Under the pieces are notes generated by a model. That model had not been told where the DNA came from and did not search any database. It was given only the letters and a program-made list of their open reading frames with translations. From positions 320,001 to 384,000 of the forward strand of contig CAXWPL010000001.1 in the NCBI GenBank assembly GCA_963666215.2: DNA of 64,000 bases, given 5' to 3'. Position numbers and translations under genes: made by a program. Of the stretch, positions 1 to 9,087 are shown piece after piece. Within the stretch, counting starts at the first letter, position 1, and every line of letters starts with the position of its first letter. This DNA comes from Acidobacteriota bacterium (lineage in GTDB: Bacteria; Acidobacteriota; UBA890; WLXD01).

Positions 1-792
1 CAATTCTTCGAGGTAGCGGTCCATGTGCTTCACGCTGATCTTGTGGAAAGAACCTACAATGGAGCGCTTGAACAGGCTCCATACGCCTTCGATGTTGTTG
101 GTGTGCACGTCTCCGACGACCCACTCATCGGCTCTGTGATTGACCGTAGCGTGCCGCGTGTCGTCGTCTCCGATGCCAAGGTAGGACTTCAGCTCGTCTG
201 TATAGATTGCCTCGGTTTCGTCGGTGACGTGGCGCTCGATGAATCCGTGAAGGGTGTGCTTGCGGATGTCTGGGATGCGTTCGAGCCGGACCATTCCGTC
301 ACGCTGGATTGCACCCGCGACCCATGTTTTACCCTTACGGGAGCCCTTACCGACGCCGCGCCTGCGGCCGCCGACCAGCGTCTCGTCAACCTCGACGATT
401 CCGAACAGCGTGGGGCCGGTGAAGCCGTCGTTTCCCATCGCCTCTCTGATGCGGTGACAGAGATACCAGGCGGTGCGGTAGGCGACACCGAGAGTGTTCT
501 GCATCTGTATAGCAGATATGCCTTTCTTCGAGACACACATCAAGTAGATGGCTATGAACCACTTGCGAAGTGGAAGGTGAGAATCGTGCATGATCGTTCC
601 GGCCGTGACGCTGAACTGGTAGCGGCATGAGCGGCACTGCCACTTGTGGCCCTGTGGAAGCTCTGCAACGTTCGTGTCGCCACAGCGTGTGCAGGCCACG
701 CCTACTGGCCACCGAAGCTGTTCCAAGGCGTCGTTGCACTTGGAGTCACAGTTGAAACGGTCCATCAACGAAACGAGGCTGTAATCGGTCAT
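1..792 (-). CDS. IS1595-family DDE transposase (3' end outside window)
   Basis: Own translation of the minus frame in register with ORF 25..630, with no stop: MTDYSLVSLMDRF...RWPVGVACTRCG...WQCRSCRYQFSVTAGTIMHDSHLPLRKWF (Zn ribbon)...GIVEVDETLVGG...IYTDELKSY...VNH...VHTNNIEGVWSLFKRSIVGSFHKISVKHMDRYLEEL. Confidence 0.95.
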   Translation of the reverse strand, partial: MTDYSLVSLMDRFNCDSKCNDALEQLRWPVGVACTRCGDTNVAELPQGHKWQCRSCRYQFSVTAGTIMHDSHLPLRKWFIAIYLMCVSKKGISAIQMQNTLGVAYRTAWYLCHRIREAMGNDGFTGPTLFGIVEVDETLVGGRRRGVGKGSRKGKTWVAGAIQRDGMVRLERIPDIRKHTLHGFIERHVTDETEAIYTDELKSYLGIGDDDTRHATVNHRADEWVVGDVHTNNIEGVWSLFKRSIVGSFHKISVKHMDRYLEEL

Positions 793-970
793 GGCTCAGA
801 CTCCCAAGAAACGGAGAAAGCTACCCAAGAATGCTACGCAGCTACCAGACCGAAAGTTCATGGAGAAGGTGTTTGGCAAGCGCATCATGAAGAAGGTCGA
901 TGCACTCGTCTCCGAGCTGTCGGAAGATGCTGGCAGGAAAGAGATTTCAACGTCCATGAGAGAAAGATAA
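791..970 (+). CDS. Small basic hypothetical protein (59 aa) inside the IS1595 left end
   Basis: ATG 791 to TAA 970: MAQTPKKRRKLPKNATQLPDRKFMEKVFGKRIMKKVDALVSELSEDAGRKEISTSMRER. GAGG about 11 nt upstream. Shorter than any ORF in the track. Confidence 0.5.
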   Translation: MAQTPKKRRKLPKNATQLPDRKFMEKVFGKRIMKKVDALVSELSEDAGRKEISTSMRER

Positions 971-992
971 CCCATGGACAATGATTCGTCAA
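964..992 (-). promoter_or_regulatory. sigma70-type promoter in the IS1595 end, pointing into the transposase
   Basis: Minus strand TTGACG (992-987), 17 bp spacer, TATCTT (969-964). Confidence 0.6.
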
Positions 993-1005
993 GTGCATAA
1001 TCACC

Positions 1006-1956
1006 GCTTTCTCTGGCACCGCCGACGTCCGTAACAACTACGCCACCGCCGTCTCCGAATTCGGTGCAACGGATGCCGCCAAGCTACCCGCGCTGCCGAC
1101 GGTGGATGTAGATGGCGTATCCGTGGAAACGATGGAAGCGATCGTTCGTCTCAAGCACGGCACCATCACCATCAGCGGTGCTGGGGACATTGGCCAGATC
1201 AACGACAACACCAACGGCTACAAGGAAACGATGGACTCGGTCCGCGCCGACGGCACCGTCACTCCGGCCAGCGACGTCTACACCGACGATTGGGGTGGCT
1301 ACGACGCCGCCGACCTCGCGTTCCCGACGCTCGACGACCCGTACACCGATCCGGCCACCGGCACCTTGTGGGCGCATCATCGCGATTTCCTCGATTCGGA
1401 GTCGCTGACCATCACCGAGACCGAGATCTCCACCAACGTCGCAGCCTTCTCTCACTCCGACGGCAGCGGCAACTCGATCGCCTGGGACCCTTCGGCGGGC
1501 GTGCTCAACATCACCGGAATCATCAAAGTCGCCGGCGACATCCATCTGGGACGACACATCGGCCCGCCCGACAGCCGTGGCCTCGAATACTCCGGCACCG
1601 GCACGATCTACTCGACCGACGACCTGTACATCGACGGCGACCTCGTGCCGGTCAACAACTACATCCACGACGGCAACCTCGGGCTGATCGCCGATACTCA
1701 TCTGCACATCGCCAACGCCGCACAAATCAACGTGATGGCGGCGATCTACGGCGAGGATCAGGTCACCGTCGCCAAACAGACCATCATCGCGGGCGCCATC
1801 GTCTCGAACTACTTCGACATGGGCAGCAACGTGCCGTCGATCTACCACGTGCCGCTGCTGCCCTCGAACCTGCCGCCCGGGATGCCGGGTGGCGGCGAGA
1901 TCGGCGTGATCAAGGGAGCCGAGATCCGCAACTGGTTCCCGATCACGGACAGGTAG
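1006..1956 (+). pseudogene. 3' part of a PilX-like pilus accessory protein, interrupted by IS1595
   Basis: Frame open from the IS boundary (AFSGTADVRNNY...) with no native start or prepilin leader. G/D/I-rich beta-repeat C-terminus (GNLGLIA, IYGEDQVTV, IAGAIVSNYF). Lies directly upstream of two prepilin genes. Confidence 0.65.
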
Positions 1957-1968
1957 ACGAGGCCCCGC

Positions 1969-2382
1969 ATGACCGATCAGAAGCGCAACGAGAGCGGCAT
2001 GTCGCTCGTCGAGACACTGGTGGCGATGCTGCTGGTGGCGCTCGTGCTGCTTTCGGTGGCGCAACTGTTCAGCGTCGGCGTTGTGGTTAACAAGGCGGCC
2101 GACGACATCACGCTGGTGTCCAGCCTGGCGAGCGAAAAGGTGTCAGAGCTCAAGGAACTGCCCTACGACGCGATCGCGACCGGAGGCTCGCTCAACACCG
2201 ACGTCGCCGGCTTCTTCGACGAGCCCGATGTGGAGGGAGATGGCACCGCCGATTACACCCGCAGGTGGACGGTCACCGATCTGGCCACCCGCAAGTCGAT
2301 CGAGGTGCGAGTTATCGCGACGATCCTGACAACCGGCGACGTCAAACAGACGACGCTCGGCGTGCTGGTGGCCGACCGGTGA
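1969..2382 (+). CDS. PilV-like minor pilin (prepilin N-terminal cleavage/methylation domain)
   Basis: ESG|MSLVETLVAMLLVALVLL: class III signal peptide with E at +5. C-terminal YTRRWTVTD...IEVRV pattern. Confidence 0.85.
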   Translation: MTDQKRNESGMSLVETLVAMLLVALVLLSVAQLFSVGVVVNKAADDITLVSSLASEKVSELKELPYDAIATGGSLNTDVAGFFDEPDVEGDGTADYTRRWTVTDLATRKSIEVRVIATILTTGDVKQTTLGVLVADR

Positions 2383-3050
2383 TCGTGCCGCGGCCAGAAC
2401 GCGTCGGGAACGAGGGCTTCTCGCTCCTCGAGATGCTCATCGTGACGGCCCTCGTCGGCCTGCTGATGGGCGGCCTCGCGGGGATCATGCAGAGTGGGCA
2501 GAACACGTTCGAAACCCAGCAGGCCGACATGAACATCCGTCAGGAGGCCCGCGTGGCGCTCGATCTGGTGATGCGCGAGACCCGCCTCGCTGGTTACCAA
2601 ATTGCCAACGTCGCCGAAACGCTCACGGTGGCGTCGCCAAGTCAGGTGCAGTTCGCTGGCGACATCGACGACGGCAGCGACTTTCCGCCGTGCGGGAACG
2701 TCTTCGAGAGCGCCGTTAACGGCGGCGTGGAGCGCATCACCTATCAGCTCGTGAGCGGCAGCTTGCTGCGCGCCGTCGACTGCTGGGACGGTGGCACCTG
2801 GACCAACGAGATCAACAATCAGCTGATGACGCCGAATCTGATCGGGCTGCAGACGCTGTTCCGTTATTTCGACGAAGACGGCGCCCAGATCGCGGCTGGC
2901 GGCGGGGCTCTGACTGCCGCCCAGCGCTCCGCCGTGCGCTCGATCGCGGTCTCGTTCGACCTGCTCGATTCGGGCACCACACAGCTGGTGGGGGATACCC
3001 ACGCGAACTTTCAGATCACCGCCCATGTGGCGCTACGGAACAAGCAATGA
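2379..3050 (+). CDS. PilW-like minor pilin
   Basis: GTG start overlaps the upstream TGA (GTGA). EG|FSLLEMLIV prepilin motif and QEARVALDLVMRETRLAGY typical of PilW. Confidence 0.85.
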   Translation: MIVPRPERVGNEGFSLLEMLIVTALVGLLMGGLAGIMQSGQNTFETQQADMNIRQEARVALDLVMRETRLAGYQIANVAETLTVASPSQVQFAGDIDDGSDFPPCGNVFESAVNGGVERITYQLVSGSLLRAVDCWDGGTWTNEINNQLMTPNLIGLQTLFRYFDEDGAQIAAGGGALTAAQRSAVRSIAVSFDLLDSGTTQLVGDTHANFQITAHVALRNKQ

Positions 3051-3616
3051 GCCAAGCCGCCTCCAGCCCCTTGCGGGAACAAACCATCGGCAAGCCTTGG
3101 CAGCACCGCGGGCAACCAGGAGCGACGACCATGACACGACGCCGCAACCAGCGGAAGCTGAGGAACTACCTCCTGAAGCCCGCCTTGCAGTTCCGCTATG
3201 GCTTCTATCTGTTCGCCATGACGGTAACCGTCTCGATGGTGATCCAGATGCAGCTCGTCTACACGCTGCAGCAATCGCTTGTGGCCTCACTCGCCGCCAT
3301 TGGTTTGGACCCATACCTGCTTGCGCAGGCGGTGACGCGACCGCTTCGAACACTCGCGGTGCGAACCGCGATGCTGACCCCCATGGTCGGCTTGTTGTGC
3401 GTCGGTTTCGCGATCTACGCCACGCACCGTTTCGTCGGCCCGCAAGTTACCCTCAAGCGTCACGTGCGCGCCCTGATCGCCGGCGACTACGACAGCGTCT
3501 GCCGGCTGCGAGCCAAGGACGAGCTCGGCGAGATGGCCGAGGTGCTCAACGAGCTCGCCAAGTCGCTCAAAAAGCGTCACGACGTCGCCGAGCACCCCGA
3601 GCGGAAGGTCGCCTAG
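3047..3616 (+). CDS. Small two-TM HAMP-domain membrane protein
   Basis: Two hydrophobic segments, then THRFVGP...LIAGDY...LRAKDELGEMAEVLNEL (HAMP). No output domain. ATGA overlap with the pilW-like gene; start could be 3131. Confidence 0.75.
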   Translation: MSQAASSPLREQTIGKPWQHRGQPGATTMTRRRNQRKLRNYLLKPALQFRYGFYLFAMTVTVSMVIQMQLVYTLQQSLVASLAAIGLDPYLLAQAVTRPLRTLAVRTAMLTPMVGLLCVGFAIYATHRFVGPQVTLKRHVRALIAGDYDSVCRLRAKDELGEMAEVLNELAKSLKKRHDVAEHPERKVA

Positions 3617-3723
3617 CCGGACTCTGGGATGTCGCCGCATAGAGCGCACGCGACCCACGCAGGAGTGCGCCGAATCGGGCTTGCGCGCCTGCTGGGCGTC
3701 TGCTTTCCTCTTCGCTGGTACGC

Positions 3724-3798
3724 GGCCCCATCGTCTAGCCTGGCCCAGGACACCGCCCTCTCAAGGCGGAGACACGGGTTCAAATCCCGTTGGGGCTA
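3724..3798 (+). tRNA. tRNA-Glu (anticodon CTC)
   Basis: Acceptor GGCCCCA/TGGGGCT, anticodon arm CCGCC-CTCTCAA-GGCGG, T arm ACGGG-TTCAAAT-CCCGT. CCA not encoded. Confidence 0.96.
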
Positions 3799-3879
3799 CT
3801 GCTTCAAAACCCTTTGACAGCAAGGCCAACCGACTCACCGGCCATACGGAGCGGTTCGTGTTGAACCGCTGGGTGCCGG

Positions 3880-4196
3880 AGCCGGCTCGACGAGGGGATC
3901 CAGAGCCACTTCCGCTGGCGGAGAGAATCCTACTCACAGGCAACGCCACGCTGGGCTACGGCTTCTTCTCGGGCAAGGTCTACAACGGGAGTTCCTGGCA
4001 GGTGACAGAAATCACTTTCTCTGTCGGAGCGCTGGAGAAAGACGGCTCGGAGCGCTGGAGAAGGCAGTTTCGGCACAGCGTCACGATTGCGCCCCTCACG
4101 ACGGGGAGCTTCAGCCTGCGCGTCACGGGTGAAGAGGGGGTTAAATCGACGGTGTGGAGCCTAGTCGCCGTACTAGGCTATCCGGCGCAGCGATGA
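3880..4196 (+). pseudogene. C-terminal fragment of a hypothetical beta-rich protein
   Basis: Protein-like segment (LTGNATLGYGFFSGKVYNGSSWQVTEITFSV...) with no credible start; the upstream part of the ORF runs through the tRNA. Left boundary approximate. Confidence 0.4.
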
Positions 4197-4399
4197 TGGG
4201 CTGCCTCCGTGACTCGTGACCGAGACGCCGCGGCGAGTGATGGCCTGCCGGCAGACCATCCCGAACGCTACCATCGAATCCGAGTCCCCTCTGAGCACGT
4301 CCTGAGCGCGTCGCTGCGTTCGCTCGGGGCAATCTCGCGCAGGCTCCTGGGTCCTTCGCTTGAGCGCTACCAGCGATGACCAACGGCTGTAGCTAGGCG

Positions 4400-5456
4400 T
4401 CTATCAGCCCGCGGCCGCCTTCATTTTCTTCCGCACCGAAGGCGGGGTGACCTCGGTGGCGATCTCGCCGGCCGGCGAGGCCACGGCGCTGGCCGAGAAG
4501 CAGATCATGAACGAGGTCGTGGAGATCGAGCGCGGCTCGAGCCTGTGGGGTCACGTGCAGGCGCAGCTCGAGCGCTTCGACCCCGAGCAGATCGGCGTCA
4601 ACACCGGTAGCAGTCCGATCGCCGACGGCCTGTCGCACTCGCAGTACTCCGCCATGGTCGAGGGGCTGTCACCTCATTGGATCGCGCGCGTCGTGTCGGC
4701 CGAGCCGATGATCCACGCCTGGCTGGCCGTGAAGCTGCCGGCCGAGGTGGAGATCATGCGACGCGCCGCCGAGCTTACGGCGCAATGGGAGGTCGAGGCT
4801 TACCAGGAGGCGATCGGCGGGGTCACGACCGATCGCCAGATCGCCGACTTTCTCGAGGTCAGGATGGAGGCGGCCGGGGTCGCCGACGGCTGGGCGCCGG
4901 AGCAGAACCCGGCGGTGAACTCGGGCAGGGACCGAGGCCACTCCCACCCCACCGACCGTGTGATCCAGCCCGGCGACTTCATCCAGGTCGACTTCGGTAT
5001 CAAGGTGCACAACATGTGGGTGACCGACATCCAGCGCTTCGCCTACGTGCTGGCTCCGGGCGAAACGAAGGCACCGGCCGAGGCGCTTGCCAAGTGGCGC
5101 GCCGCGGTAGCCGGCAGCCGTGCGGCGTTCGAGGCCATGCGCCCGGGTGTCACCGGCGCCGAGGTCGACCGCGCCCAGCGCCAGTAATGTGGAGCACCGG
5201 CCACCCAGTGGGCTACTGGGCCCACGACAGCGGCCCGGCGCTGTCGGGCGGCCGTCCCGGCGCCACCCCCTCAGGGCGTCAGCTACTCGAGCTCCGACCC
5301 GGCATGACCTTCGCCTTCGACGGCTTCCACTCCTGGGAGCTCGACGACGCCGACACCAAGACGATCTCCGTGGAGGAGATGGTGGTGATCACCGAAGAGG
5401 GCGCCGAGTGGATCGTGCAGCCGCAGCAGGACCTGATCTTGATCGAGAGCCGCTAG
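4400..5456 (+). pseudogene. M24 (Xaa-Pro aminopeptidase-like) metallopeptidase, 5'-truncated and frameshifted
   Basis: M24 motifs split over two frames: HSHPT, DFG, TDIQR (to 5187), then GHPVGYWAHD and SVEEMVVIT (to 5456). In-frame stop at 4390 and no N-terminal region. Confidence 0.85.
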
Positions 5457-5490
5457 CGTTCCGGGTTCTGGATGGCCCGTGGCGGTTCGG

Positions 5491-6897
5491 TCACTGCAGC
5501 GTGAGCGCCTCCAGCAGCTCGACCATCATCCGGGTCCCCCGCCGCACCTGCTCGACTTCGATGCGCTCGTCGTTGCCGTGGTAGCGGACCATCTCCGATG
5601 GCGCCAACACCATCGGCGAGTAGCCATAGGCCAGGATGCCGAGATCTCGGAAGAAGTGGCTGTCGGTGAAGCCGCTGCTGACGCCGGGCATCACGCGAGC
5701 CCCGGAATAGTGGCGCTGACTCAGCGCGTGAATCGCTCGAAAAATATCCGTGTCGGAGTCGGACACCGCCGGAGAAAAGCCCATGATCTTCTCCATGCGG
5801 ATCTTGCTGTCGTTGATGATCGTCTCGAGCTGGGCAACGAAGGCGTCCGGGTCCTGATCGGGGAGCAATCGACAATCGAGCTCGGCCGCCGCCACCGGGG
5901 GCACGACGTTGATCTTGCCCGAGCCCTCGAGCACCGTGATCGAGCAGGTGTTGCGAGTGAGCGCGTGCAGGAACGGGTTGTAGATCTGCAACGTGGTCAG
6001 GAACGCGCGATCGCGGACCGACGATGCGATGTCGACGAAGGCCGATCGCCACGGCTCCGCGTGCGACTCCGCCTGGGCGCGGAAGTACTCGCCCACCGCG
6101 GGAACGATTCTCGCTTCGAACTCGTGGGCCTGGATGTTGCTCAGCGCGCGCAGAAGCCGCGTTACGGACGACTCTGCCTGCGGCATCGAGCCGTGGCCCG
6201 GCGTGTTCACCGATACGAGCCGCAACCATAGCGGCACCTTCTGAGTGACCTCGACGGTGAACGTAACGCCGTCTTCCTCGAAACTCCCGTCGCCGCCCTC
6301 GTTGAGCACGACGCCGACATCCGCGAACAGCTCCGGACGATTCTCCACCAGCCAGCCGGCGCCGAAGAAGCCGCCTGCCTCCTCGTCGGCGGTGGCCATG
6401 TAGATCACGTCGCGATCCGGACGGATACCGGAGCGGTGCAGCGCCAGGAAGGCCTGGAGGTGCACGATGCCCAGGCCTTTCGTGTCGAGCGCGCCCCGGC
6501 CGTACAGGTAGCCGTCACGGATCTCGCCGCCGAGCGGATCGACCGTCCACTGATCGCGATCCGCCGGCACCACGTCGATGTGGTGAAGCAGCACGAGGCG
6601 TGGCACGTCGCCCCCGGGAATGCGGGCCCAGATATTGCCGCGGCCCGGCGCCGATTCGCCCGTCTCGTACGGCACTCCTTCGGCATCGAAGATGGCCGCG
6701 AGGTACTCGACCCCGGCCGTCTCGTTGCCGGGAGGATTGGTCGTGTCGACGCGCAGGTATTCGATAAGGCGCTCGACTGCCTGGTCGCCAAGCGCATCGA
6801 AATCGGGGGCGAGTTGCTGTCCGATGGCGGGCGACGGTATGGCCGCAACGAGCAGAACGAGCGCCACGCTGCGGACGGCTGCGGGGATTCGGATCAC
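5491..6897 (-). CDS. M20/M25/M40-family metallopeptidase, exported
   Basis: HHIDVVP, GRGALDTKG, ADEEAGG, NEGG, GFTDSHFFR, HGNDERI motifs and a signal peptide. Probable GTG start at 6897 after AGGAG. Confidence 0.92.
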   Translation of the reverse strand: MIRIPAAVRSVALVLLVAAIPSPAIGQQLAPDFDALGDQAVERLIEYLRVDTTNPPGNETAGVEYLAAIFDAEGVPYETGESAPGRGNIWARIPGGDVPRLVLLHHIDVVPADRDQWTVDPLGGEIRDGYLYGRGALDTKGLGIVHLQAFLALHRSGIRPDRDVIYMATADEEAGGFFGAGWLVENRPELFADVGVVLNEGGDGSFEEDGVTFTVEVTQKVPLWLRLVSVNTPGHGSMPQAESSVTRLLRALSNIQAHEFEARIVPAVGEYFRAQAESHAEPWRSAFVDIASSVRDRAFLTTLQIYNPFLHALTRNTCSITVLEGSGKINVVPPVAAAELDCRLLPDQDPDAFVAQLETIINDSKIRMEKIMGFSPAVSDSDTDIFRAIHALSQRHYSGARVMPGVSSGFTDSHFFRDLGILAYGYSPMVLAPSEMVRYHGNDERIEVEQVRRGTRMMVELLEALTLQ

Positions 6898-6950
6898 GAT
6901 GTCATCGCTCCTGTGACCAGCGCGACTTTGCCACTCAATAAGCTGGCCAT
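6894..6950 (-). pseudogene. N-terminal stub of a short-chain dehydrogenase (SDR)
   Basis: RBS AAGGAAAG, then MASLLSGKVALVTGA, cut off inside the TGxxxGIG motif. Confidence 0.7.
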
Positions 6951-6959
6951 CTTTCCTTC

Positions 6960-7655
6960 TCACCCTTTGGCGACAAATTCCTCGACTTCATACACTACGA
7001 CATCTTGAACCTGGTCAAAAAACTCTTGCACCAGGGAAACACCCCCCGGCAGCATGACCTGCCCCAGCTCTGCTAAATCCTGGTTCATATCCGCCCGTGT
7101 GGACCACCAGGTTTCAATAAAACCGTAAACACTCTCATCCCCTTTTATAATCTGGTTGACGCGGTTGATGATGTATTTCTGGCGGGCATAATCGGTTTGC
7201 GAAGCGTTGAGCACATCCGTAGCGTGCTTGTTGGTGTGATACTGAAGAAACGCCGTTCCATCGACGCCGTCGGCCAAGCGGTAAAAAGTCATACGTTTGA
7301 CGGACGGTCCTTCGAGATCGTCCAAAGCGACGAATTCTTCGACATCATAACTGGTGTAGCTTGCCACTCGGGAGTCAAAATCATCGGAAACGGACAGGCC
7401 GTTGGGCAGCATGGTTGTATTCAGTGATCTGAAAGCACGGTCGATGTCGTCTCGGCTCTCCCACCAGGTCTCCACCATACCGAACCAGCGCCCCTGGCCC
7501 GCAATAACCTCCCGTACCCAGTTGATCGTGTAGCGTTTCAGATAATCACCAAATGCCTGCCGAGCCTGCCCGGCGTGGACTTGGGTATGGTAGTGCCAGA
7601 ATTCATCCCCGTCGGTATCATCAGGTAGAGAGTAGACTCCCAGTCGTTTGATCAT
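6960..7655 (-). CDS. Tandem EthD-like (dimeric alpha-beta barrel) domain protein
   Basis: Two internal repeats: EFWHYHTQVHA...YTIN...GMVETWWES and AFLQYHTNKHA...YIIN...GFIETWWST. Visibly lower GC than neighbours. Confidence 0.8.
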   Translation of the reverse strand: MIKRLGVYSLPDDTDGDEFWHYHTQVHAGQARQAFGDYLKRYTINWVREVIAGQGRWFGMVETWWESRDDIDRAFRSLNTTMLPNGLSVSDDFDSRVASYTSYDVEEFVALDDLEGPSVKRMTFYRLADGVDGTAFLQYHTNKHATDVLNASQTDYARQKYIINRVNQIIKGDESVYGFIETWWSTRADMNQDLAELGQVMLPGGVSLVQEFFDQVQDVVVYEVEEFVAKG

Positions 7656-7678
7656 TTAGCTCTTTTCCCCGACAATGC

Positions 7679-9087
7679 GGGGATGTCACACCGTCCGTTG
7701 AACTAAGGCGACGGTGAAGTGGTTGGGGATTGTTACGCAGTACGGTGCTCCTGCTCAAGGGGAACGTCGACGGCGGTGTTGAGTGCGGCATCGAGCTTGG
7801 CGATGTCGCGGTAGCCACGAACCCTCCGGAACTTGCTCTCGGCCTCGATGAGTGCAGTAACCGCCCATCGAACGATCATGCTCCCGGAGCGCCACCGCTT
7901 TACGTTGCGGCTGACGTGTTTGATCGTCCCGTTCAGGTTCTCGATCGTATTCGTTGAACGTAACGTCCGAAGCAGCGGCCCCTGAACTCGGAGCCGAGTG
8001 ACGGTGAGCGTCTCTTGCATTCCTTCTCTGAGCGAGGCCGCTGCACCGGGGTGATCGGTCTCCAGCTCCTTGACCACGGCGTCGAGCTGCTTGGTCGCTG
8101 CCGTGGCCGTCTCCGCCTTCCACGCCTTGCGGATCTTGGCTGCGAACCAGGGCCGGATATGCCCTGGCAGATGCTCCAATACGTTCTTGATCTTGTGGAC
8201 ACGGCAGCGCTGGATCAGGGCCCACTCGCCGAACGTGTCGCGCACTGCTTTACGGAGGCCCTTGGAGCCATCGATTACCACCAACCGCGCCCGTTCGACG
8301 GGCATGCCGCGCTCGATCAACTGCCGCAGCAGCGACCGGCACACGTGGGAGCTCTCCGTGGTGCCCTCTACGACACCCAGCACATGCTTGACGCCGTCCG
8401 CGTCGATGCCCATGGCGATCACCAACAAGTGCTTGCCCATGTGCGTGCCGTCGATCACCAGCACCGGCAGGTCCACTTCATTGAGCGGTTGGGCCAGGTA
8501 CTGCTGCACCTGCTTGGCTGTACGCGCTACGAACCGCCGCGACACACTCGAGCGACTCGTTCCCGACGAAGCTCGCCCGTCGTCGAGCCGCTCTAACGAG
8601 CGCTCGTACTTGCGCGTCGTGACGCCGCACAGGATCTGCTCTACGGCGCGCTCTTCGAGCGGATCTGTTGCCTTGAACCTCTCCCAGTGCGGCAGCGGCA
8701 GCTCTTGGCCATCGACGCTCCGAGCCCGCGGCTTGCGTACCTTGACCCGCCGGCCGCCCATCACCAGCGAGCCCTCGTCGTAGCCGTGTCGGTACGCCCG
8801 CCGCTGCTGTGACCGCGCGTGGCGTTCTCCGCATAGCTCAGCTCTGTCTTGCTCGAGCAGCGAACCCAACACCCCGAAGCCCGCGTCCATGACCAGAGCT
8901 CGTAGATCCGATCGCGCCGCTACCACTGCCTCCAGGAGCGGGTTCTCTTGGCGCTCCGCTTTCCTACTTGTCTCTGTTCTGCGACTCTTGCCCATGACGG
9001 TGATCCTCCATGCCTAGTGGATTGACCCCGACACACTATCGAGGTCGGATCACCGTCACCTTTTTCAACGGAAAGCGAGACATCACC
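7679..9087 (-). mobile_element. IS256-family insertion sequence
   Basis: Imperfect ~38 bp terminal IRs: GGGGATGTCACACCGTCCGTTGAACTAAGGCGACGGTGA vs reverse complement GGTGATGTCTCGCTTTCCGTTGAAAAAGGTGACGGTGA. No flanking direct repeat found. Confidence 0.9.
7733..8995 (-). CDS. IS256-family (Mutator-type) transposase
   Basis: LVIDG, GxKHVLG, VVIDGSKGL, IQRCRVHK, LRSTNTIENLN motifs. RBS GGAGG. Confidence 0.95.
   Translation of the reverse strand: MGKSRRTETSRKAERQENPLLEAVVAARSDLRALVMDAGFGVLGSLLEQDRAELCGERHARSQQRRAYRHGYDEGSLVMGGRRVKVRKPRARSVDGQELPLPHWERFKATDPLEERAVEQILCGVTTRKYERSLERLDDGRASSGTSRSSVSRRFVARTAKQVQQYLAQPLNEVDLPVLVIDGTHMGKHLLVIAMGIDADGVKHVLGVVEGTTESSHVCRSLLRQLIERGMPVERARLVVIDGSKGLRKAVRDTFGEWALIQRCRVHKIKNVLEHLPGHIRPWFAAKIRKAWKAETATAATKQLDAVVKELETDHPGAAASLREGMQETLTVTRLRVQGPLLRTLRSTNTIENLNGTIKHVSRNVKRWRSGSMIVRWAVTALIEAESKFRRVRGYRDIAKLDAALNTAVDVPLEQEHRTA

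Larger units (their letters stand above)
1..1005 (-). mobile_element. IS1595-family insertion sequence, left end (element continues beyond window start)
   Basis: Terminus at 1005 reads GGTGATTATGCACTTGAC on the minus strand, matching the GGnGATTATG-type IS1595 end. Contains the transposase below. Lower GC than the flank, and host-like coding sequence resumes at 1006. Confidence 0.88.

Noticed and set aside
25-630. 201-aa plus-strand ORF (and 646..984) as real genes
   Set aside because: They are the in-register antisense of the IS1595 transposase.
3681-3880. ORFs 3629..3817 and the 5' part of 3681..4196
   Set aside because: They overlap the tRNA-Glu gene.
6890-6915. GATGTCATCGCT as a cryptic IS256 end defining a composite EthD transposon
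   Set aside because: Short match only, it lies on the peptidase side of the junction, and there is no convincing target duplication (CGGATCAC vs CGGCTCGC, offset).
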